Notes: generated by a model not told the origin, from the sequence alone. A DNA stretch of 25,785 bases from a virus (IMGVR_UViG_3300044674_001416:1-25785), one strand, 5' to 3'; positions 8,499 through 14,654 are shown, counted from the first letter of the stretch. A program made the numbers and translations.

Positions 8499-8518
8499 TA
8501 TGCTGTCTCCTGTTTCAT
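8498..8518 (-). CDS. Six-codon leader mini-ORF MKQETA
   Basis: AAGGAG-caaca-ATG AAA CAG GAG ACA GCA TAATG; contains the RBS of the next gene. Confidence 0.45.
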   Translation of the reverse strand: MKQETA

Positions 8519-8952
8519 TGTTGCTCCTTGTTTTGTGTTATTATAACTGATTCACTTTGTGGTGTCAACCTACGCCGCCTGAAGTCATTGCTGATGTGTC
8601 CCTTGTAGGAGTGGCACACCTTACACAGGGTCTGTATGTTGGCAGGGTCATTATTACACCTGTCACCATCCCTGTGGTCCAACTCCAGCACGCCTGGATA
8701 GGCTATGTGTGCGGTACATTCATAGCCCAGCCTGCCATCTTCATTCTCACAGTGGGTCCGCTTGATGGGTGTCACGCCCTGGGCGTGATCACCATTGCCA
8801 TATGATGCCCGCTGGCACCTGGAACACACAGGACGCCAACGCCTCACACCTGAGCGTGAGGTGTGGCTGTATGTGACTGGCTGGTCACAGCCTGTATTAA
8901 CACAAATGGGGCGTAGCCCTGTTTTTCGCGAAGAATTTTTTTGGTCAGTCAT
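8515..8952 (-). CDS. HNH endonuclease with Cys-rich zinc-binding segments
   Basis: LELDHRDGDRCNNDPANIQTLCKVCHSYK is an intact HNH; CxxxxC and CxxC upstream; probable start MTDQ at 8952. Confidence 0.88.
   Translation of the reverse strand: MTDQKNSSRKTGLRPICVNTGCDQPVTYSHTSRSGVRRWRPVCSRCQRASYGNGDHAQGVTPIKRTHCENEDGRLGYECTAHIAYPGVLELDHRDGDRCNNDPANIQTLCKVCHSYKGHISNDFRRRRLTPQSESVIITQNKEQQ
8540..8568 (-). promoter_or_regulatory. Perfect-consensus sigma70 promoter inside the 3' end of the HNH gene
   Basis: TTGACA-17-TATAAT. Confidence 0.85.
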
Positions 8953-9199
8953 TAGTTTTTTTATAGATGCCAAGATCAACAGAACTGCTCATCAATCCCA
9001 TATGGAATTCATTGCGGATCCAATTGTCATCAATGTGCTCAACTATGTGCCTGAACTGCTTTTTGGTGATGTTTGGGGCATAACGCTCACAGTGTCTCCT
9101 GCCCACAAATTCCCACATAAGCGGTTCATCGCCCTGACCCTGGTCAACCCATTGTTCCTTCAACACTTCTATCAGTTCATTTGCTGTATAACATATCAT
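8945..9199 (-). CDS. Hypothetical early protein, 84 aa
   Basis: Probable start MICY at 9199 after AAAGGAG. Confidence 0.7.
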   Translation of the reverse strand: MICYTANELIEVLKEQWVDQGQGDEPLMWEFVGRRHCERYAPNITKKQFRHIVEHIDDNWIRNEFHMGLMSSSVDLGIYKKTND

Positions 9200-9225
9200 A
9201 TTCGCTCCTTTGTTGTTTGTGTTTG

Positions 9226-9253
9226 AGTGTAGCACAGATCTGGCAGGTGTCAA
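9226..9253 (-). promoter_or_regulatory. sigma70 early promoter
   Basis: TTGACA-16-TACACT with extended TG. Confidence 0.7.
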
Positions 9254-9368
9254 CTGGGCCCAAAAGATTAAAAATTTTTATAATTGCTATAGGCCACAAC
9301 CACAGCGTGTGTTCAGGGGGCACCCTCCTCCCAGTGTGCCCACCTTTCTGACCTCCCTTGAAGGTGTG

Positions 9369-9626
9369 TTAGGCTTCTATATTACACTCACTGTTGATGT
9401 GCTCAATGATCTCCTCCCTGTCATAGGGATAGCATCTACCATTGACGCCTTTCAGTCCTTCCGCCACACAGTGTGCCAAGAAACTGACCTCTGTGTCCAA
9501 GGCCTCAACTATGAGGTTGTCTGAAGTCATACCCTGTTCATCCCTGAAGTCATAACTGTCAAACGCCTTGTTCACAAGTTCAATCAACTTGTGTGCTTTG
9601 TCTTTGCTGTTGTATGTGTCTGCCAT
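9369..9626 (-). CDS. Hypothetical acidic early protein, 85 aa
   Basis: Probable start MADT at 9626 after AAAGGAG. Confidence 0.75.
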   Translation of the reverse strand: MADTYNSKDKAHKLIELVNKAFDSYDFRDEQGMTSDNLIVEALDTEVSFLAHCVAEGLKGVNGRCYPYDREEIIEHINSECNIEA

Positions 9627-9653
9627 TGTGTTTTTCTCCTTTGTTATAGTGTT

Positions 9654-9682
9654 AGTATAGCATAACTTGAACAATGTGTCAA
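9654..9682 (-). promoter_or_regulatory. sigma70 early promoter
   Basis: TTGACA-17-TATACT with extended TG. Confidence 0.85.
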
Positions 9683-9695
9683 CCTCTGAAAACAC

Positions 9696-9725
9696 AAAAG
9701 CCCTACTGCTTTTGACAGTAAGGCT
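9696..9725 (-). terminator. Intrinsic terminator
   Basis: On -: AGCCTTACTG-tcaaaag-CAGTAGGGCT followed by TTTGTGTTTT. Confidence 0.65.
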
Positions 9726-9870
9726 GTTGTGATACTTTAAGATTAAAACAATCTAACCATCACAGGATCAAAGCGGATTAGCACTCCCCTGTGAAAGGAG
9801 ATACAACACACAGGCAAACAGAAAGGAATTATATTAAGTCATTAACAATAACTCTGTGCCTGTGTGTTAT
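9696..9870 (-). ncRNA. Putative ~175-nt structured small RNA
   Basis: Bounded by promoter 9876-9903 and terminator 9696-9725; 17-bp inverted repeat 9800-9816/9857-9873 plus further hairpins; no RBS-led ORF. Confidence 0.6.
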
Positions 9871-9875
9871 ATCTA

Positions 9876-9903
9876 AGTATAGCACAATATAACGCTGTGT
9901 CAA
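9876..9903 (-). promoter_or_regulatory. sigma70 early promoter (drives the putative sRNA)
   Basis: TTGACA-16-TATACT with extended TG. Confidence 0.75.
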
Positions 9904-9958
9904 CCTAACACACAAAGAAATATACAACCTCAGCGTGTGTGGGGGTTGACAGCATAGG

Positions 9959-9987
9959 TTGACACAATAGCCAAAATGTGCTATACT
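9959..9987 (+). promoter_or_regulatory. sigma70 early promoter, divergent
   Basis: TTGACA-17-TATACT with extended TG; a second GGTTGACA at 9944-9951. Confidence 0.85.
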
Positions 9988-10010
9988 GACTGTATAACAA
10001 AAGGAGCACT

Positions 10011-10208
10011 ATGTTTGAGAAAATAACAGCGGAACAAAAGGTCAATCAGTTGCTTGAGGAATTGGGCTTGACACAGGCACAGACACAGCAATTGATTTTG
10101 AAGATACTGGAGCGTTCAGAACTTGGACTAACACAGGAGAGATTGGCAGAGGAGTTGCTGAAGACACTTGAGGTGATCAAGGCAGAGGCCAAGCACACAC
10201 TACAGTAG
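10011..10208 (+). CDS. Small helical protein with duplicated ELGLTQ
   Basis: AAAAGGAG RBS and own promoter; 65 aa. Confidence 0.85.
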   Translation: MFEKITAEQKVNQLLEELGLTQAQTQQLILKILERSELGLTQERLAEELLKTLEVIKAEAKHTLQ

Positions 10209-10216
10209 GGCGGACT

Positions 10217-10288
10217 GCGAACACTGACAATGCCAGATAAAAGGGGTTCCTGTCAGTGTTCGCTCAGTCTGGGGAGACTGTGGAACCC
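10217..10288. other. Stem-loop with potential pseudoknot or alternative pairing
   Basis: 13-bp perfect stem 10217-10229/10251-10263; loop GGGTTCC 10244-10250 complements GGAACCC 10282-10288; hairpin 10265-10280. Confidence 0.65.
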
Positions 10289-10314
10289 ATCTGTATTTAG
10301 AACATTTTGGCGTT

Positions 10315-10463
10315 AGGGATTGGGCGGTCAGGGGGCCTTCAGTATGGAGCACATTGGCCCCCTTGACCATATCAGGGATCAGCCTCTCAGTACATTGGCC
10401 ACATACAGCGAGCGGCTGATCCCATTAAGGAGAATAGTCTGGGGGTTCTCCCCTCGCCATCCT
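10315..10463 (-). ncRNA. Putative ~150-nt multibranched RNA
   Basis: Directly downstream of promoter 10469-10497; closing stem plus three hairpins; only 11-12 codon ORFs on -. Confidence 0.55.
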
Positions 10464-10468
10464 CAGTT

Positions 10469-10497
10469 ATTTTATACTACTGTGCCACTGTTGTCAA
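10469..10497 (-). promoter_or_regulatory. sigma70 promoter
   Basis: TTGACA-17-TAAAAT. Confidence 0.75.
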
Positions 10498-10501
10498 CCC
10501 C

Positions 10502-10822
10502 TCAATCGCTGTGGAGTTGCCACTTCAATATGCGATTGACCAACCGCTTGGCCTCCATTATGGCATCGCGTTCCTGCTGTAATTGGTCAATGATCCCCTG
10601 AGCATTCACCTCCAGGTCCGCCAGGATCTGCTCTGCTGTGAGACCATACTTGTCACGCTTGGTGCGGATTATGAACAGTGTCTGCTTGAGTTGATGTTGC
10701 TTGGCCTTGATCTTGGCCATCTCTAAGTTCAACCGCTTGCTGTAGTTCTTGCGGTGTTCAACATCTGTCAATGAATCAACCTTTTGTTCACTGTAATAAT
10801 AGTCTAAGTGTTTTGGCTTCAT
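10502..10822 (-). CDS. Hypothetical coiled-coil early protein, 106 aa
   Basis: Probable start MKPK at 10822 after AAGGAG; IRTKRDKYGLTAEQIL is weakly XRE-like. Confidence 0.75.
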   Translation of the reverse strand: MKPKHLDYYYSEQKVDSLTDVEHRKNYSKRLNLEMAKIKAKQHQLKQTLFIIRTKRDKYGLTAEQILADLEVNAQGIIDQLQQERDAIMEAKRLVNRILKWQLHSD

Positions 10823-10854
10823 CTGTGCTCCTTGTGTTGTGTTAAACATAGTTC

Positions 10855-10883
10855 AGTATAGCACACATTGGAATCTGTGTCAA
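10855..10883 (-). promoter_or_regulatory. sigma70 early promoter
   Basis: TTGACA-17-TATACT with extended TG. Confidence 0.85.
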
Positions 10884-11225
10884 CCAGTGCCAAACACCTT
10901 GAGAACGCTGTAGACAAGCGTAGAAAGGTGGTGAATTTGGCGGGGTACAACTGGCCCAGATCTGTGTTTATCACGCTGTAGAGGGCTATTTGGCGGGTTA
11001 AAAGGGGTATTTTAGGCTGACATCTCCAGGATGCCAAAAACCGCGTCATATGTGCCACCATAAGCACAATGCCTACCAGTCTTGACCGCTCAGTTTGTGG
11101 GGGATGGGTGGCCCCAAGAGCACAGGATCAATGGCATATAGGTATAGAAACCTGTGTCTTTGAATGGCTCGCTTGCTTTAGGAGTAAGTTGGGGCCTGCC
11201 ATTCCCAATTATTTATTACTTGGCC

Positions 11226-11573
11226 CTACCGCCCCAACACAATCAGATTGTTCAGCACATACGCCCCCTGTACCGCTATCCAACTGTTCTGCCACTTGTC
11301 TCTCCATTCCGCTGGTATGATCTCTTCAGTGATGTGCTGTTGTAGTAGGTTCCTTGCTATGAAGAAACCAATCACTGTGTGCGGTTCTGGTGTGGCACCC
11401 AGGATCCAACTGCTCTCTTTGAGTCCCTTGCCCACACCCACTATGGTTGTTAGGGCATCCGCTATAGTGAGGCTGTGGAACAATTTCTGCTTACGCTGTT
11501 CACTTTCAGTGAGTTCTGTTGTGTGGGCGGTGCTGATCACTATCATCAGCACCAATATCGCTCGCTTGATCAC
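11226..11573 (-). CDS. Putative membrane protein with signal-like N-terminus
   Basis: Probable GTG start at 11573 overlapping the upstream TGA: MIKRAILVLMIVISTAH...; D.LTT..G...G..E motif and hydrophobic segments. Confidence 0.7.
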   Translation of the reverse strand: MIKRAILVLMIVISTAHTTELTESEQRKQKLFHSLTIADALTTIVGVGKGLKESSWILGATPEPHTVIGFFIARNLLQQHITEEIIPAEWRDKWQNSWIAVQGAYVLNNLIVLGR

Positions 11574-12376
11574 GCCGCCTGCTTCTCTTTGATCTTGTTG
11601 TATGTGTATGACCAATTGTCTGTGTACTGTTGTATCATATGGGCACTCAGTAGGGCGATCTGCCTGTCCAGTCGCTGGATCTCCCGCCACTGCCTTTCAT
11701 ACTCAACCCTCTCTTTTAGATCCGCCTGGTTGTGTGATTTCTTCATCTGCTGTGCCTGTCTCAGGGCGGCGTTGGCCTGTGTGACATACTGTGTGTTGTA
11801 GGTGTCAAGCACCTGTTTGATCACTGTGCTGTCGCCCTTGCTTTTCTTTTTCAACTTGGCCTTGCTCAACTGGCCTGTGTCTGTGAGGTATTTCAAGATG
11901 CCCAGTTTTTCAGCCACATCCTGCCAACTGTCTCTCTGGCTCCTTGAGTTTGTGCCATTGGTCTTGGCGATCCTGTCCACTGCTGGCCTGTGCTGGTTCA
12001 TCTTGTCCCTGGCCTGCTGTCTCTGTTGGATCAGCGTGGTGATCTCAGCCTTGTTCTTGTCAGCGTGTGCCACACACTGTTCTTCCCAACGCTGATAGGC
12101 CCCATTGATGTAGCCATCCTTGCCAAATCCCTGTGTGTTTGAGGCGTCATCCTCACCAAAGAACTCAATCTTGGTGTGGGCGATCAGTTCATCCGCCTTG
12201 GCCCACAGTTCTTCACTATAACGCTCCCTGTAGAACTGCCTTGCCCAGTTGATGTGCTCATCATATGTTCGCCTCAGTGTGTCACTGAGTTGTGACAGGT
12301 CTTTGACCTCAGTGGCGGCACCACCTGTGTTTGATCTGATGGTTATGCCACCCTTGTACTCTATGTCTTTGTTCAT
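11570..12376 (-). CDS. Hypothetical helical/coiled-coil early protein
   Basis: 268 aa, AAAGGAG RBS, own promoter; weak HTH-like SWQDVAEKLGI. Confidence 0.8.
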   Translation of the reverse strand: MNKDIEYKGGITIRSNTGGAATEVKDLSQLSDTLRRTYDEHINWARQFYRERYSEELWAKADELIAHTKIEFFGEDDASNTQGFGKDGYINGAYQRWEEQCVAHADKNKAEITTLIQQRQQARDKMNQHRPAVDRIAKTNGTNSRSQRDSWQDVAEKLGILKYLTDTGQLSKAKLKKKSKGDSTVIKQVLDTYNTQYVTQANAALRQAQQMKKSHNQADLKERVEYERQWREIQRLDRQIALLSAHMIQQYTDNWSYTYNKIKEKQAA

Positions 12377-12397
12377 ATGTTTTTCTCCTTTGTTATC

Positions 12398-12664
12398 CTA
12401 AAGTATAGCACAGCCTTGTGTGCTGTCAACCTGTTTGAACACCCTCAACTGTACTGTGTGGCCCTTGGCCTGGGCTTGGTCAATGAACTTGACCCTGTTC
12501 CTGCCACTCCAGTTGCGGTAGGCACCTGTGTCAATGGCTGACTGTGCCTTCACTCGCTTTTGTTCACAGGTCTGGTGCTTGGGTGCCATCATAAAACCAA
12601 TGTCAATGTCCCTGCCCTCGCTGTCCTGTTCAACTGCTATCAATACCTCTATTATGTTTTTCAT
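12398..12664 (-). CDS. Hypothetical early protein, 88 aa
   Basis: Probable start MKNI at 12664 after AAAGGAG; its 3' end overlaps the next promoter. Confidence 0.7.
   Translation of the reverse strand: MKNIIEVLIAVEQDSEGRDIDIGFMMAPKHQTCEQKRVKAQSAIDTGAYRNWSGRNRVKFIDQAQAKGHTVQLRVFKQVDSTQGCAIL
12402..12429 (-). promoter_or_regulatory. sigma70 early promoter
   Basis: TTGACA-16-TATACT with extended TG. Confidence 0.75.
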
Positions 12665-12690
12665 TTGTGCTCCTTTGTTGTTCATAGTTC

Positions 12691-12719
12691 AGTATAGCAT
12701 ATTTTGGTAATTGTGTCAA
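12691..12719 (-). promoter_or_regulatory. sigma70 early promoter
   Basis: TTGACA-17-TATACT with extended TG. Confidence 0.85.
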
Positions 12720-12792
12720 CCTCTTAAAAATGCCATAAAATGGGGGTTTTTTGCCATTGATTTCACATTTCAAGGCGTGTATTATGTGTTTG

Positions 12793-12800
12793 TATAAATA
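12793..12800 (+). promoter_or_regulatory. TATAAATA, exact T4 late-promoter consensus
   Basis: Exact octamer at the head of a long non-coding stretch. Confidence 0.55.
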
Positions 12801-12805
12801 ACAGT

Positions 12806-13213
12806 ACATTTTAGGCATATAGGCATCTCCAGGCACACATAACAGCAACACAAATTCGCAAGAGTTCACAACACCCTCTGATTGTTGAGCCCTGCTGTGG
12901 GCGACACTGTTAGGTAAGGACAGTATAAACAAATGGACAGTTATGCTGGCACATTTTGGTGACTTTTGTGTGTCAGGTCACAAGGGCTTGGACTCCAAGT
13001 CTCACACAGCACACCTGTGGTCCTTGTGGGCGGAAGTTGGCGATTGCGAAAGCAAGTCTGTTGGATATGAGAACCCTCAACAGTTAAAGGCGTGGATGTA
13101 GTGTGCTTCACTGAGTGATCTTTTGGTATTTTGCTAAAAGTTTCACTTGCCCAAAGGGGAAGGAGGAGAAAGAAAAAGGACGCCAGTCCTTTTTGGACTG
13201 ATGTAATCAGTCC
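12806..13213 (+). ncRNA. Putative ~400-nt structured RNA or origin region
   Basis: About ten hairpins including TTGC-GAAA-GCAA (13044-13055); ends in a terminator-like AAAAAGGAC-GCCA-GTCCTTTTT; no credible ORF. Confidence 0.5.
13173..13213. terminator. Tandem hairpins; the first resembles a bidirectional intrinsic terminator
   Basis: 13173-13194 AAAAAGGAC-GCCA-GTCCTTTTT; 13195-13213 GGACTGAT-GTA-ATCAGTCC. Confidence 0.55.
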
Positions 13214-13229
13214 CTTGTAAATATCACAA

Positions 13230-13778
13230 ATGGCTGAATTGATCTCACGCGACAGTTGTATGATTTGGTGGTCAGGACCCAGTGTGATGGAGTCAATCAC
13301 CAAGTTGCCCAGGTTCAACACAGAGATTGGCTGTAATCACATTGAACAGTGGAGGTCAGTGGACACAGTGGTGGCCTATGACAGGCCCATTGTGGCACAA
13401 CTGAACCAACAGGCACTCACACCAGGTGTTGACTACTACACTCAGGCAGTTTGGAAAACCGCGGGATGGCGCTCACTCACCAACATTGACAAGCACTACA
13501 ACCAGATACACTGCTCAGGCACCCTGGCTGTGGAGGTGGCACTGAGACAGGGACACACTGATCTCCTGATATCAGGTGCTGACTGGGACAACACCAATGA
13601 TTCACTACAGCAGGCACACTATGAATTCAGGGGACACAGGCCCAACAAGATGCCAGAGCGTAAGCGGGCGTGGTTGGTCAGGGCCAGCACAAGGTGTTCA
13701 ATCACCTGGGTACACCCCAAGCCCAAGGCCTGGATGTCACAACACATAACGCCTGATCAATTGCTCAATCAGTTATAG
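13230..13778 (+). CDS. Glycosyltransferase-like protein (Maf/DUF115 or sialyltransferase-like Rossmann fold)
   Basis: IWWSGPS...IGCN...VAYD...SGTLAVEVA...G...LLISGADW matches the GxGPS/GCN/SG..A/G.D pattern; TAAATA 13218-13223 is 6 nt before the ATG. Confidence 0.65.
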   Translation: MAELISRDSCMIWWSGPSVMESITKLPRFNTEIGCNHIEQWRSVDTVVAYDRPIVAQLNQQALTPGVDYYTQAVWKTAGWRSLTNIDKHYNQIHCSGTLAVEVALRQGHTDLLISGADWDNTNDSLQQAHYEFRGHRPNKMPERKRAWLVRASTRCSITWVHPKPKAWMSQHITPDQLLNQL

Positions 13779-14006
13779 CGGGCGTCTTTGGTTGCGGTGG
13801 CACACGCCACAGTTGATGTTGAGGGTATTTGATCTATGGACCAGGGTTATTGACAGGCACTGCGGGCAGAACTGATCGCCGCTGAGGGCACACCTGGTCC
13901 GCTTGGTCTTGGGCCTCTCCCAACCTGGCATCATATTCTTCCTGCTGGCTGATCGCCACACATAGCCAAGGTCAAGGAGGCGTCGCTCAAAGTCCTCTGG
14001 TTTCAC
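13773..14006 (-). CDS. Small basic Cys-rich (zinc-ribbon-like) protein
   Basis: CPQC and CGVC pairs; GTG start, no clear RBS. Confidence 0.6.
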   Translation of the reverse strand: MKPEDFERRLLDLGYVWRSASRKNMMPGWERPKTKRTRCALSGDQFCPQCLSITLVHRSNTLNINCGVCHRNQRRPL

Positions 14007-14030
14007 AAAATTATGTATTGGTAAATGGGG

Positions 14031-14192
14031 TTAGGCCCACATCAATTTGAAGGATATGCCCAACAGGAAGAACAAGATGGTGTAGAGTAGCCATTCATTC
14101 CGCTTGATCCTGCCATCCATATGTGAGAGGTGATTGTTGATCAGGAGATTGAGTTTGTCTTCTATCCTCTGTATCCTCTCCTTAAGGGTCAT
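14031..14192 (-). CDS. Small coiled-coil plus C-terminal TM protein, 53 aa (holin/XhlA-like architecture; not in ORF track)
   Basis: MTLKERIQRIEDKLNLLINNHLSHMDGRIKRNEWLLYTILFFLLGISFKLMWA*; TAATG-coupled to the upstream gene. Confidence 0.8.
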   Translation of the reverse strand: MTLKERIQRIEDKLNLLINNHLSHMDGRIKRNEWLLYTILFFLLGISFKLMWA

Positions 14193-14626
14193 TATGTGAC
14201 TATGCTCCCATCAACCACTGATCTCCACTGGCCCGCTGAGTAATAACACAACACGCCCTGTGCGGCTGAGTCACCACCATCTGAGCAGAACGCCATCATA
14301 CCATCAGCGGGTGAACCTATGGCTCCCAACTGTGCCACTGTCTGTGGTGTCAGTCTCACAATGTTCTCCACTGTGACCACTGATGTGTCTGGGTCCAGTG
14401 TGAGGTTGTTGCCTGAACTGGAATTTATCTCATCTGGTAGTTGTGCGGCTGATATCTTGCTGGAAGCGTTCAATCCCGCCACGCCTGATGCCTGGTTCCT
14501 GCCATCTATCACATTGGCCAATTCATCCAGTGCTGTCTTTAAATCTGCCCTCGCCGCCGCTGGTGAATCCGCTGATGAATCCAAGTTTGTTGTGTCTATG
14601 TTTGAACTGTTTGCTGGCCACGCCAT
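14192..14626 (-). CDS. Short fibre/structural protein
   Basis: MAWP...TTNLDS..DSPA.ARADLK.A.D; GVAGLNASSKI fibre-type motif; AAGGAG RBS; TAAATA at 14648-14653. Confidence 0.7.
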   Translation of the reverse strand: MAWPANSSNIDTTNLDSSADSPAAARADLKTALDELANVIDGRNQASGVAGLNASSKISAAQLPDEINSSSGNNLTLDPDTSVVTVENIVRLTPQTVAQLGAIGSPADGMMAFCSDGGDSAAQGVLCYYSAGQWRSVVDGSIVT

Positions 14627-14654
14627 AAGTTGTCTCCTTGTTGTTTGTATTTAA

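Noticed and set aside
10315-10463. tRNA
   Set aside because: Too long, arms the wrong size, no GTTCRA T-loop or CCA end. I recognised no tRNA gene anywhere in the window.
7240-12685. Longer N-termini given in the ORF track for early genes (8070, 9253, 9695, 10849, 11690, 12685)
   Set aside because: These extensions run through promoters, leaders or upstream genes; RBS position or stop/start overlap supports the shorter starts.
8030-12720. CRISPR array or attachment-site repeats
   Set aside because: The repeats are degenerate, irregularly spaced and explained as promoter plus RBS; no cas or integrase gene.
8095-12762. Shared GCCA(G/T)TGATT upstream of two promoters (about 8101 and 12753) as an operator
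   Set aside because: Only two short copies at different distances from the -35; could be chance.
12806-13213. tmRNA, RNase P RNA or group I/II intron identity
   Set aside because: No tRNA-like ends or tag frame, no GAGGAAAGUCC core, no interrupted gene. An Rfam search is still needed.
12941-13321. 126-aa - strand ORF, and 12630-12932
   Set aside because: No RBS or recognisable motif; they overlap the glycosyltransferase-like gene, a promoter and the hairpin-rich block.
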